A stretch of DNA of 64,000 nucleotides, taken from positions 867 through 64,866 of the forward strand of contig PSPR01000021.1 in the NCBI GenBank assembly GCA_004195515.1. The letters are read 5' to 3'. The notes under the pieces are model-generated. The model saw only the letters and a list, made by a program, of their open reading frames with translations, was not told the DNA's origin and ran no database searches. Source of the stretch: Methanobacteriota archaeon. Its GTDB lineage: Archaea > Thermoplasmatota > Poseidoniia > Poseidoniales > Poseidoniaceae. Position numbers and translations under genes: made by a program. This document shows positions 51,907 to 61,626 of this stretch, in pieces. Each line of letters opens with the position of its first letter. Positions within the stretch are counted from its first letter, which is position 1.

Positions 51907-52407
51907 TCAGCGTGATTCGGCCATAATTCGATCACTCCAAGCAGTTTCAAACTGCAACCACATTTCGGCTTCGATTTTCTGTCGTAATTCCGCTTCGAGA
52001 ACCGGTTGCAATCTTCTGGTTTCAGCAGCTACAATTCTGTCTATTTCTTTGAGAAGGCGACTCACTACCTCCAGTTCCCACTCTTCATGTGGATTTGGTA
52101 AACTAATTCTTGAAACTTCATTTTTTAATGTCTGAACAATCCTTGCCTTCACCGGATTTCCTACGGCAAAATTATGAGCGCCAGAGACAAAGCCAACCAG
52201 GGAGTCCAACCATTCTTTTTCACTAATTTCGTGACCACAACCCGGGCAAGCCGCTTCTTTTGAAGTTGGAGGTTTTCTCTTTGGCTTTCGACGAGGAGGT
52301 CTTCTCTTGGTAGGAGATTCAAAACCATCGATGTCGAATGCGACCGAGGTTCCAAAACCCACCTTTTCCATCGAGCCAAGACTTCTGCCTTCTTTCACTT
52401 TAATCAA
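51907..52407 (-). CDS. Hypothetical protein with a basic Pro/Arg/Lys segment and one CxxC
   Basis: Contains 'KRRPPRRKPKRKPP...CPGCGH'. No family recognised. Confidence 0.45.
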   Translation of the reverse strand: MIKVKEGRSLGSMEKVGFGTSVAFDIDGFESPTKRRPPRRKPKRKPPTSKEAACPGCGHEISEKEWLDSLVGFVSGAHNFAVGNPVKARIVQTLKNEVSRISLPNPHEEWELEVVSRLLKEIDRIVAAETRRLQPVLEAELRQKIEAEMWLQFETAWSDRIMAESR

Positions 52408-52452
52408 AGGGAAGTTCTTCGTTCAACTTGATAAAAATTTCCCCTGCAGAAG

Positions 52453-53202
52453 TCACAAAAAGATATTATTTCCCATCGATTTGACAATGTGGTCAAGAGC
52501 GGATTGCAATCCCACATTGTTATTCCACTCCTCGACATCGGGTTGTTTTGGTATTATTTCGATTAAATTATTAGCAACTCTTGACAACTCATCAACCATC
52601 GTAACCGAGCCCATTTTTGCAGAACGCGAAAGTGGATTAAGATCGATGACCAACACCTGCTTCCCCATCGAAACCAATGCTTCACACCGATCACCGTCTT
52701 CAAGAGGAACCAATATCACATCACAAGCCAAAATTCCAGCAGCGTGACACTTCGCGCGCGGCCCTTCCAAACCCGGAATTTTTCCATCTGGAGAAGCCCC
52801 CAGAATTTCGACATTTAAATTTAATTCATCGCTCAACCCATTCAAATGATCGAGCAACGCCTTCATTCTTTCAGGTGTGCGATAAAAAATATTTATCTCC
52901 ACTGGGCATTTGAGAAGGGCCGCTATTCTCAACATTTCTTCTCCAGCCAAGGCAACAACATTTCCATTGAGGGATATTATTGGATTTTTAGCGGCTACCA
53001 ACCTAGCAGCAGCAGCCTTGGTGGCTTCGTATGCCGAAGGAATTGTTTGTTCCCCCAGCAAGTAGTCAAAGGCTTCACCTCGACCGTGTGCAATCATCGC
53101 CGATCCTGCGAGCATGCCTTTTTCAGCAGCTTCTTCCAATCTATATCTCATCAAGAGTGAACGATATCTCGGATGGGATGGGTCAGCAGCATGTTTGCCC
53201 AA
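52453..53202 (-). CDS. 4-phosphopantoate--beta-alanine ligase (archaeal phosphopantothenate synthetase, DUF137/COG1701)
   Basis: 'AHGRGEAFDYLLGE' and the 249-aa size match archaeal PPS as I recall it. Confidence 0.72.
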   Translation of the reverse strand: MGKHAADPSHPRYRSLLMRYRLEEAAEKGMLAGSAMIAHGRGEAFDYLLGEQTIPSAYEATKAAAARLVAAKNPIISLNGNVVALAGEEMLRIAALLKCPVEINIFYRTPERMKALLDHLNGLSDELNLNVEILGASPDGKIPGLEGPRAKCHAAGILACDVILVPLEDGDRCEALVSMGKQVLVIDLNPLSRSAKMGSVTMVDELSRVANNLIEIIPKQPDVEEWNNNVGLQSALDHIVKSMGNNIFL

Positions 53203-53213
53203 AAAAACCCCGC

Positions 53214-54102
53214 CTATGCATCGTTTACCAACATCGAAATGTCAAGAGGTTGACAACCACGATTGATTGCACTAGTAGATAATACGTCGATTCCACACTG
53301 TTTCCAGTCATCCAAATCTCCTAAGATTATTCCACCACTAGCTTCGAGCCATACGTGTTCTCTTAAGCCCATTACAACAAGTTCATCACTGACACTTTTG
53401 CATCGTTCTGGGCCGAAATTGTCCAGCATGAGGGTGATTTTATCGCAACCATCGACCATTCTTTTTTCGTCGCTTCTTTTTCGGTTCGAACCTCTATTTC
53501 TAAAAATGCACCATTTTGAGTTTGATCATCTTCAGAAATGAATCGAGCAATCCTTGCTCCATGTGTGTCGAGTTCAGGATACAGACTAGCCAGATCATTT
53601 TCCTTTAACATTCTAGCATCTGATTTTGATAATCTATGAGTTAATCCACCGCCGAGTTGAACCGCCCATTTATCGAGTAATCCCCAAATTGTTTTTCTGG
53701 TGCAAGCGATTTGCTTCGGCGCCTTGGTCGACCATTTCCTCGCTTCGGTAGCGATGCCTGAAAGTTGGCCTAAGATGTTTAATATCGGGCGTTCCATGAC
53801 TAAAATGGCTTCTCTATCACCCTTTAAACGGGCGATTTCATCACCAGAACTAACCTTCTCCCATCGCCAAACGGTAACATATGGTCGACCGCTGCACAAC
53901 CGGCTAATGTCCCTTCGGTTCTTGAAACAATTTTTGCTTCTACCGGTGTGGTTGAGCCCATCAATGGCATATCGACACCATCGTCGGCTAGAATTGCGCT
54001 GGTCCAGCGATCAAAACTAGAAATTAACAATCTGGTTGGACCAGAGGAATGATCCCATAACATGGCGCCCCGATTATGAGGCGGCCGGGATTTCTCTGCC
54101 AT
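53214..54102 (-). pseudogene. nadC: Nicotinate-nucleotide pyrophosphorylase (quinolinate phosphoribosyltransferase) disrupted by two frameshifts
   Basis: Three overlapping ORFs in different frames together cover NadC in order: 54102-53824 ('ADDGVD..VEAKIVSRTEGTLAG'), 53899-53372 ('ERPILNILGQLSGIAT', 'CTRKTIWG..GGGLTHR') and 53459-53214 ('MLDNF', 'LEASGGI'). Confidence 0.75.
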
Positions 54103-54156
54103 GTTCTTGCCTGAGGGGACGAGGACTTCATGGTTCGCTTTGGTTTGGACTTAGGT

Positions 54157-55017
54157 ATGCGGAGGGTGCTGGTGGTTGGTTCTGGCATTGACGGTTTGGT
54201 GACCGCAGTCAAAAATCACCTCGATGGCAATCAAGTCATTATCCTTGAAAAAAGGTCAACCGGATTTCAATTAGAACACGGCCCTCATCTTCTTTTGAAA
54301 GGGGGACCGCTCCATAAAATGGTCAAAAAGGTGAGCAGAGTAAAATTATCCCTTCGTCCGATAAGGCCGCAAAAAATCCAAATTGTTAGCCATGGATTAT
54401 TATGGCCAATAAATAGCCCGAGAAAAATTTTAGCTTACAAGCGTGGCGAAGATCCGATTAGAGAATCCGCAATGAAATTAATTTCTTCGTGGGGACTGGA
54501 TATTCCAAATCGAGAAAAGGCTTTACTCAATGGAAACCTTTGCGTTGTTGGAGAGGGCTGGGCAGGGATTATTGGAAGATTAGCATCAACCTTGGAAGAG
54601 GTTGGTGTGCCGATTCAAACGAAAACAGAGGTGGCCGAGGTAATCGATGGAGGGGTATTATTGTCCACCGGTGTCAAGGTTGAAGCCGATGAAGTACATT
54701 TGTGTCGAGGAAGTAAAAATTCTGATTCGGTCATTGTTTCCACATTGGACGTAGTATTGGATTACCAACCATTGGATGGCTTACATGGATTGGTAGACGG
54801 CGATGTTGCAATTTTAGATTTGGCCGCGATTCATAGTGGTAAAGCTCCTGGAATGTCTCACCTTTCTTGCATTTCACTCAAAGGGGGATTGGAAGCGATT
54901 GAAAGTTTACTCGATGAGCGATTATCGGGCTGGCGATCTCACATTTTGGTAAAAAGAGAAAATAAAAAAATTATTTTATCCGGGCAAAGAAAGACTCTTT
55001 CCGATGGATTGATTTGA
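54157..55017 (+). CDS. FAD/NAD(P)-binding oxidoreductase-like protein
   Basis: 'RVLVVGSGIDGLVTAV....VIILEKR' is a dinucleotide-binding motif. The rest is unassigned. Confidence 0.5.
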   Translation: MRRVLVVGSGIDGLVTAVKNHLDGNQVIILEKRSTGFQLEHGPHLLLKGGPLHKMVKKVSRVKLSLRPIRPQKIQIVSHGLLWPINSPRKILAYKRGEDPIRESAMKLISSWGLDIPNREKALLNGNLCVVGEGWAGIIGRLASTLEEVGVPIQTKTEVAEVIDGGVLLSTGVKVEADEVHLCRGSKNSDSVIVSTLDVVLDYQPLDGLHGLVDGDVAILDLAAIHSGKAPGMSHLSCISLKGGLEAIESLLDERLSGWRSHILVKRENKKIILSGQRKTLSDGLI

Positions 55018-55043
55018 ATAACCGTCGCTTCAGACCCGTATTC

Positions 55044-55817
55044 ATGCGAATCGCAACTTGGAATGTCAACGGGATGAGGGCGGCGATTCGAAAGGGCATC
55101 GACCGCTTTTTCGATGAGATCGATGCCGATGTGTGGTTGTTACAAGAAACAAGGGTTTTGGAGCAACAATTGCCCAAGGATTGGCAATTGCCAAATGGTT
55201 ACGAATGGATCTTACACCCTGCTCAAAAGAAGGGATACTCCGGTGTTGCAACCCTATCTAGAATACCGATGGAAGAATTAGGCCGAGGCAAAGGCGGACA
55301 GGTTGATACAAATGATTCCGAGGGCCGCGTATTGATAACAAAACACGATGATTTAATTTTGGTAAATACCTACCTTCCGAGCGGTTCATCAAAAGAAGAA
55401 CGTCAGAATTACAAGGAAGCCTGGATGGCGGAATGGCGCGAGTTTGGGAAAAAATATGTAAACATGAAAACTCCAGTAATAATGGCTGGAGACCTAAATA
55501 TCGCTCATACAGAAGCCGATATTTGGAATCCGAAAGGCAATAAAAAAACCAGTGGATTCTTACCCCAAGAGAGGGAATGGTTTGATGAATTACTTGCAGA
55601 TGGCTGGTGTGATATGTTCAGAGAATCGGTAGGGCCCGGCGAAAAAACATATTCCTGGTGGTCTAACCGAGGCCAAGCAAGAATCAAGGACAGAGGATGG
55701 AGAATCGATTATTTATTAGGGAATTCAGCTGCAAAAAAAATGTTGAGATCCTGCAGAATCGAAAGGCGAGGAGGTCTTGAGATTTCCGATCACGCACCGG
55801 TGATATTAGATATTTAA
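55044..55817 (+). CDS. xth: Exodeoxyribonuclease III (AP endonuclease)
   Basis: 'MRIATWNVNG', 'LLQETR', 'GDLNIAH' and 'ISDHAPV'. Confidence 0.88.
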   Translation: MRIATWNVNGMRAAIRKGIDRFFDEIDADVWLLQETRVLEQQLPKDWQLPNGYEWILHPAQKKGYSGVATLSRIPMEELGRGKGGQVDTNDSEGRVLITKHDDLILVNTYLPSGSSKEERQNYKEAWMAEWREFGKKYVNMKTPVIMAGDLNIAHTEADIWNPKGNKKTSGFLPQEREWFDELLADGWCDMFRESVGPGEKTYSWWSNRGQARIKDRGWRIDYLLGNSAAKKMLRSCRIERRGGLEISDHAPVILDI

Positions 55818-56032
55818 TCAGAATCTTCTTCTTGACCAAATAAGGCTAGAACCTCATCTACGATAGTTCGTAATCGTTCGAGAGATTCGCATTTTATAGT
55901 TACAGAAAGCGTTGCTAAATCGCCTTCGATAATTAATTCGGATTTTAATCCAGGTGGAACTGAATTTGCTAATTGGTTTCCCATTTTGGCCGAACCAGTC
56001 CAATCGATTTTGGTCGAGTGGGTTTCTGCCAT
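55814..56032 (-). CDS. Possible KEOPS subunit Pcc1-like protein (72 aa)
   Basis: 'LSVTIKCESLERLRTIVDEVLALF' resembles the Pcc1 C-terminal 'I.A.D...LR...NS.LRWI' pattern. I chose the internal ATG at 56032 to avoid overlap with hflX. Confidence 0.35.
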   Translation of the reverse strand: MAETHSTKIDWTGSAKMGNQLANSVPPGLKSELIIEGDLATLSVTIKCESLERLRTIVDEVLALFGQEEDSD

Positions 56033-56115
56033 AACATCCAATAAATCGCTCTTCTCAAAAAACTTTGCTACTTCATCAGAATCATTCTTGGGCTCAATCG
56101 TCCACCATCTAACCA

Positions 56116-57435
56116 ATGGAGAAGCATATACCAATTCTAGCCGGCGCCGGTGGCGTTGGTTTAGGGGAAAGTCGGACCGACCATTCAGGTCGGAAGGCGA
56201 TACTGCTAGTCAGGGAAGGCGATTCAGCGGAGTTATCTGCATTAGCGGCAACGATGGGGATTGAAATCGTCGAAGAGATCTACCAGCCAGGGCGCCCGGA
56301 CGCTCGTGGTTTTTTTGGAAAGGGCCGATTACAAGACGTAGCTGACGATGTTTCTTCAATTATAGATGGCCATCCTTGGAAGGGGGTAGATTTAGTGATT
56401 ATACACTCCAACGCGACCGCTGGGCAATTGGTAAACATTCACAATGTAGTCGGGATTGAAATCTGGGATAGAGTAAGATTATTGCTAGCACTTTTCACTT
56501 CTCACGCCTCGAGTGTCGAGGCTCGAACCCAAGTGCGAATCGCCCAACTACAAGCTGATAGAACAATTTTGAGAGAGGTTGCAAACCAGCAGACTAGCGG
56601 GGAGAGAGCCGGATTTGGCGGTGGTGGACAGCAAGCCCTTCAAGGCGTAATTTCAACTGTTTCAAGGGAGATTGTTCAATTGGGAAAACGCCGGGCTAAG
56701 CATGCGAGAGCCCGAGGTGAAAGACGGCGCCAGCGCCGTAGAGGAGGGGCGAGAACCGTGGGCTTAGCCGGTTATACAAATTCGGGAAAATCGTCATTGT
56801 TTCGAGTATTATCGGGCAAAGAGGTCTTGGTGGAGGACAAATTATTCTCGACATTGGAGACTACTGTTGGCCGAATGGAAGCAAGCCCTAGGATATTATT
56901 AGCCGATACTATCGGATTTATTGATGAATTACCATCAGACTTGTTAGATGCATTCAACGCAACTCTCGATGAGGCACTAAAATGTGATTTACTCCTATTA
57001 TTGGCCGATTCAAGTGATGATGAGGTCGAGTTGAGGAGGAAACTTGAAACCTCCCAAAGAGAGGTATTCGAGAGAACTGGTGACGAACCTTTAGAGATGA
57101 TTGTGGTATTGACCAAATCCGATAAGTGTGGTGATTTAGAAACTTGTGAAGAAATCATCGATTCACTTTCCTTACCAAAACCAATTCATATATCGGCACA
57201 TTCAGGCGAAGGAATGAATCTTTTACGAGATAAAATTCTAAAATCACTTTATGTAGAGAAAAGAACAATCGTAATATCAAACGATGGAGATCGTGCAGTT
57301 GAATCGATTATAAGCGAAGTTTATGGTCTGGGAATCGTAGTCGATAAAACCGCAACAGAAATGACAATTTGGTGCGATTTGTCCGAATTAACAAAATTAA
57401 TTTCGAAGACCAAAGGACGCATATCCCTCAAGTAG
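56116..57435 (+). CDS. hflX: GTPase HflX
   Basis: G1 'GYTNSGKSSLF', G3 'DTIGFI', G4 'LTKSD', plus the HflX N-terminal domain with a Gly/Arg-rich linker. Confidence 0.88.
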   Translation: MEKHIPILAGAGGVGLGESRTDHSGRKAILLVREGDSAELSALAATMGIEIVEEIYQPGRPDARGFFGKGRLQDVADDVSSIIDGHPWKGVDLVIIHSNATAGQLVNIHNVVGIEIWDRVRLLLALFTSHASSVEARTQVRIAQLQADRTILREVANQQTSGERAGFGGGGQQALQGVISTVSREIVQLGKRRAKHARARGERRRQRRRGGARTVGLAGYTNSGKSSLFRVLSGKEVLVEDKLFSTLETTVGRMEASPRILLADTIGFIDELPSDLLDAFNATLDEALKCDLLLLLADSSDDEVELRRKLETSQREVFERTGDEPLEMIVVLTKSDKCGDLETCEEIIDSLSLPKPIHISAHSGEGMNLLRDKILKSLYVEKRTIVISNDGDRAVESIISEVYGLGIVVDKTATEMTIWCDLSELTKLISKTKGRISLK

Positions 57436-57456
57436 TTCGCCTCTCTAAGCCTATGC

Positions 57457-58326
57457 ATGGCCGACCTATTGGAGGATGTTAGTTCTCTTCCTGAGGAAGA
57501 AGCCCCCCAATTCAGTTCCTCGGGCCGAGTGTTTGAGGTCAATAGCGAAGATGGGCATCCGATGTTGAAAGCAATCGGTATTTTCGTTATTATTATCTCT
57601 GGTTTTGGAATGGCAAATGGTCTTGATTATATCAATCCTCATTCGGGATTGGTAAGGCCGCACGAGTGGATCTATGCGATGAGTGAATCGGCTCCATTAG
57701 AGTCTTCTACCTTTTATGGCACGGTACTTTCTGGTGATGAACCGGTAGCTGGTGCATCGATTACCATCAGCATGAGAGGTTATCAGGGCATGAGGGTTTT
57801 GGTCGATACCGAAACAGATTCAAATGGTTTTTTTGAATTCACAAATGTATCACCTGGTTTGACAACCATCAAAATAATTCGTTGGCAAGCCGGTGGAGAA
57901 CACGATGCGGTACAACATAGAATGCTGATTAATCCCCCTACATTATTCGAGCCGATCGGCTTTACGAAGATTAATTTTGATTTACCGGCTGAAAAGGAAT
58001 TTAGCAATTTAAATTGCCAAGACCTCGGAAATGGGTCTTGCTTGAGAGAGATAAATTTTCAAGAACAAGAGATGGAATTCCCATTGTTGGACGGCTCAGC
58101 TGCGGGGATGTATATTTTGGTTGGTTGGGGAATTATTGGGCTTTCAACAATCGCTTTAGGCTTTTCAATTATTGGTATGAACAAAGGAAGTAGGGGGATG
58201 ATTCGAACTGGAGCAGTTCTTGTAATCTTCACGATGGGTCATTATTATAGCGCCTGTATTTTGGGACTGATGGCCTTTGCCCTAACCTTCTCAATTCCAG
58301 CTAAACGCATAATATTGGATGCTTGA
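57457..58326 (+). CDS. Membrane protein with a carboxypeptidase-regulatory-like (CarboxypepD_reg) beta-sandwich domain
   Basis: 'YGTVLSGDEPVAGASITI...TDSNGFFEFTNVSPG', flanked by TM helices. Confidence 0.5.
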   Translation: MADLLEDVSSLPEEEAPQFSSSGRVFEVNSEDGHPMLKAIGIFVIIISGFGMANGLDYINPHSGLVRPHEWIYAMSESAPLESSTFYGTVLSGDEPVAGASITISMRGYQGMRVLVDTETDSNGFFEFTNVSPGLTTIKIIRWQAGGEHDAVQHRMLINPPTLFEPIGFTKINFDLPAEKEFSNLNCQDLGNGSCLREINFQEQEMEFPLLDGSAAGMYILVGWGIIGLSTIALGFSIIGMNKGSRGMIRTGAVLVIFTMGHYYSACILGLMAFALTFSIPAKRIILDA

Positions 58327-58347
58327 GTCCGACATGCTCATGTTTGA

Positions 58348-59391
58348 GTGGCCATAGGACCCGGTATGGATTTGATGTCGGCCGCCTGGATGGTGCGAGA
58401 ATTGGGTCAACCTGTAAGCGCTCTTCATTTGGGCAAAGACGGTTCGATAATCGCTGGAGGCTGGGACGGGATGGTAAAATCCTGGGATGGCGAGGGCACT
58501 ACTTTGTGGCAAGTGGAATGCGGCGATAGGGTGGAGGCGATCTTAGTGGTGAATGACTTGACATTTCTGACTAGCGGTTTGGAGGTGGTTTGTATCGAAA
58601 ATGAGAAAATTAGTTGGACTCATGCCTTGGAAGGTTCTGCTGACATGCTTTGTCTTCACCAAGACAATCTCATCGCAACTTCAAGTGTATACGACATCGA
58701 GCATGGAGATTTCATGGAGAGTGCGATCTGGCGTTTTGCATTTGCTGGTGAACTTATCTCCGTTGATAGGATGGACGAGCGCCCTTGGTTTGTCGAATCA
58801 AACGATAGTTTAATCCTGGGTCTTGGACGTCCCCGCTGTGGAATTTTATTGGATGAAAAACACATCGAATTAGCAACCGAATCCCCGGTTACTTGTGGAG
58901 TAACAGGGCGTAGTATGACCCTTTTAGGCCATGCTGATGGAACGATTTCACAAAGCGATGGTGAACTTGTTTCGGTTGAAGAATCAACGGTGGATTCGAT
59001 AATCTGTGCAGAATATGGCTTTGTTTCAGCTTTAGAAAATGGAAATTTAATCGCCAGAAATGCTGACGCATCACCACTTTGGTCTGCTACCGGTTCAACC
59101 ATCACTTGCCAAACCGAGGGCTTTGACCAAACTCATTGGGTTGGAAGATGGCAAACTATTTCTGGTATTTTGGAAGTTAGAGATAGTAGCGGAGAGATCA
59201 TCACTAAAATGGAAACAAGCAAACCAAGAGTAGCAGTCAATGAAAGCGATCGGGTTGGATTTGGATTTGACGATGGCCAAATTTTGATATGGGATAAAGA
59301 ATTGTTCTTACGTCGAAAAGCGGCAGAAAAACCAGCGGCAAATTCTGCAAATTCAGCATTGGCAGCAAGATTGAGATCTTTGCGGAAATAA
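58348..59391 (+). CDS. WD40/PQQ-like beta-propeller repeat protein
   Basis: 'IIAGGWDGMVKSWDGEG' and repeated Gly/Asp-turn blades. GTG start; ATG 58366 is an alternative. Confidence 0.6.
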   Translation: MAIGPGMDLMSAAWMVRELGQPVSALHLGKDGSIIAGGWDGMVKSWDGEGTTLWQVECGDRVEAILVVNDLTFLTSGLEVVCIENEKISWTHALEGSADMLCLHQDNLIATSSVYDIEHGDFMESAIWRFAFAGELISVDRMDERPWFVESNDSLILGLGRPRCGILLDEKHIELATESPVTCGVTGRSMTLLGHADGTISQSDGELVSVEESTVDSIICAEYGFVSALENGNLIARNADASPLWSATGSTITCQTEGFDQTHWVGRWQTISGILEVRDSSGEIITKMETSKPRVAVNESDRVGFGFDDGQILIWDKELFLRRKAAEKPAANSANSALAARLRSLRK

Positions 59392-59499
59392 TGTTATTTA
59401 TCGATTAATAATTCCAGTAGATTCAGTGGAAACTATCAGCGCAGACCCTCGTTTCCGATGGAAAAGAGACCTAATTAACCGTAAAGTTTATTTGCCCCC

Positions 59500-60145
59500 T
59501 CCTCCCAAAGAGAGATTGTCGCTCCCCCGGGAGTGATGGAGGACCCTCCGGGGTCTTCTGGGACCCTTGCCAACTGGCTCTTTAGCCCGAACTGGGTAAA
59601 GTGTTGGTCACAATGTTTGGAGACGAGCAGAAGTGAGGCGAAATAAAGCAAAGAAAATCTTCGGATATGACGAGCTTCATTTCACCCGCAGGAAGATCCA
59701 CCCGCTTCGGCAATGGTGGTGAAGCTGGCAGAACTCCTGCAAAGGAGGTCTGACAGAAATGAGGAAATGGGTTTGCGGCCTTCTGGGCTTAGCGAATAAA
59801 ATCTCAAAGACTGTGAAACCGTTGGACAAAGTGCTAATATGGGCGAGACAGATGTTTACTCATCGACTTCAACCTAAGTAACTGGACAACACCCCGGCTG
59901 TCGAGAAGAGGGCCGATTCTGGCAACAGGATTAGTTAACGATCTAGGAAGATATTCTCCTTCGGGAGAATTGTCGGAATAGTGAAGGCGACTCGGCAGCC
60001 ATCAGCGGAGGCTGGCAGGGGGGCGGATATCCCACCCGGATGAAACCCCCCTGCCAGTTCTCCCACCCTGCTCACACAGGTAATTCAGGGTCCTTTCATT
60101 CCGCTTATGATTCTTGAGGGCGCGGATTACTCGCGCGCCCCGGTT
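59500..60145 (+). ncRNA. Candidate large structured non-coding RNA of unknown family
   Basis: It lies in a 764-nt gap with no ORF of 60 aa or more in six frames. There are three C(UUCG)G hairpins (59657-66, 59698-719, 59953-70), a perfect 12-bp helix 60012-23/60046-57, and a GC hairpin 60118-40. Boundaries and strand are provisional. Confidence 0.4.
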
Positions 60146-60155
60146 TGGAAACCAT

Positions 60156-61547
60156 TCAATTAGAGCCAGTCATTTCCTCAGGTTTAACCCAAAGATCGAA
60201 TTCTTCATTGGTTAAATATCCTAATCCAAGAGCAGACTCTCGCAGCGTCAACCCATTTTGGTGGGCGTTTTTTGCTATTTTTGCAGCATTATCATAACCG
60301 ATGTGATTATTGAGAGCGGTTACCAACATCAATGAATTTTCCAAATGATTGGCGATAACTTGTTCATTCGCCTCTAAACCTTCAACACAGCGGGTTGTAA
60401 ACGAAGTCATCGAATCCGAAAGCAATCTAATACTATGCAAGAAATTATGAATCATCATTGGTTTGTAGACATTTAATTCAAAATTTCCTTGACTGCCACC
60501 AATGGTGGTCGCACTATGGTTCCCCATGACTTGAGCACAAACCATGGTCAATGCTTCGGCTTGAGTTGGGTTGACCTTGCCCGGCATTATCGACGAACCA
60601 GGTTCGTTAGCAGGTAGGGATAACTCGCCGAAACCACAGCGTGGGCCCGATCCAAGCCAGCGGATATCGTTGGCGATTTTCATCAAACTCACAGCTAAGG
60701 TATTGAGGGCGCCACTAGCTGAGACAATCGCATCATGAGCGGCCAATTGGGAAAATTTATTCGGTGCACTAACAAATGGCAAGCCGGTCTTATCGGCGAT
60801 AGCAGCAGCTACTTTTTGCGCGAACTCAGGATGGGTATTGAGCCCGGTTCCAACCGCGGTTCCCCCTAGGGCTAATTCCAAGAGGTCAATACTGGCGAAT
60901 TCGATTCTACGAATATTTGCTTCCAATTGAGCAACCCACCCGGAAACCTCCTGGCCTAATGTAAGCGGCACTGCGTCCATCAAGTGAGTTCTACCTATTT
61001 TGACGATATCTTTCCATTCATTTGATTTTATATGCAACGCGTCCTTTAACGTGCAAAGGCTTGGCAATAAGGCATCGGTAATAGCCTCAGAAGCAGCGAT
61101 ATGCATTGCGGTAGGAAAGGTGTCATTGGATGATTGAGCCCGGTTGACATGGTCGTTTGGATGGACAGGAGTTTTGCTTCCCAGCACACCACCGGCCATT
61201 TCGATTCCACGGTTTGCTATCACCTCATTGCTATTCATATTGGATTGAGTCCCGGAGCCGGTTTGCCAAATTTTCAAAGGAAAGTGTTCATCGAGTTTGC
61301 CTGAGATAACCTCTTCTGACGCAGCGATTATCAATTTTGAAACATCGGGATCTAATTGGCCCAATTCGCAGTTAATCATGGCTGCAGCCTGCTTGAGAAT
61401 GCCAAAAGCACGAATCACTCCTCGTGGCATCAAATCATCACCAATATCGAAGTTTATCAGTGATCTTGCAGTTTGGCAACCGTAGTATTTTTCAGCAGGA
61501 ACTTCGAGTTCACCCATAGTGTCTGCCTCGACACGCGTCTCGCCCAT
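60156..61547 (-). CDS. fumC: Class II fumarate hydratase
   Basis: '[13 protein letters not shown]' is the fumarate-lyase signature. '[10 protein letters not shown]' is also present, and the length is 463 aa. Confidence 0.93.
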   Translation of the reverse strand: MGETRVEADTMGELEVPAEKYYGCQTARSLINFDIGDDLMPRGVIRAFGILKQAAAMINCELGQLDPDVSKLIIAASEEVISGKLDEHFPLKIWQTGSGTQSNMNSNEVIANRGIEMAGGVLGSKTPVHPNDHVNRAQSSNDTFPTAMHIAASEAITDALLPSLCTLKDALHIKSNEWKDIVKIGRTHLMDAVPLTLGQEVSGWVAQLEANIRRIEFASIDLLELALGGTAVGTGLNTHPEFAQKVAAAIADKTGLPFVSAPNKFSQLAAHDAIVSASGALNTLAVSLMKIANDIRWLGSGPRCGFGELSLPANEPGSSIMPGKVNPTQAEALTMVCAQVMGNHSATTIGGSQGNFELNVYKPMMIHNFLHSIRLLSDSMTSFTTRCVEGLEANEQVIANHLENSLMLVTALNNHIGYDNAAKIAKNAHQNGLTLRESALGLGYLTNEEFDLWVKPEEMTGSN

Positions 61548-61626
61548 GATGTAAAGGGGGAGGGCGATGGAACATGTCCCTTTCTATTCACAAGCGTGAA
61601 AGAGGGGTGACCTCGAGCACAAGTCG

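Noticed and set aside
53214-54102. Programmed ribosomal frameshifting in nadC
   Set aside because: Two independent shifts in different directions and contexts are needed, and no slippery-heptamer/structure combination is evident. A pseudogene or sequencing error is more parsimonious.
58656-59105. 149-aa ORF antisense to the WD40-like gene; the same applies to 63171-63629 (152 aa) opposite the asparaginase and cyclophilin genes
   Set aside because: These are shadow ORFs opposite genes with clear family motifs.
59392-60155. Naming the ORF-free region as RNase P RNA or SRP (7S) RNA
   Set aside because: The conserved CR-I/CR-V P4 pairing partners and the SRP helix-8 GGAA-loop/AGCA motifs could not be found contiguously. 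I report it only as an unclassified candidate.
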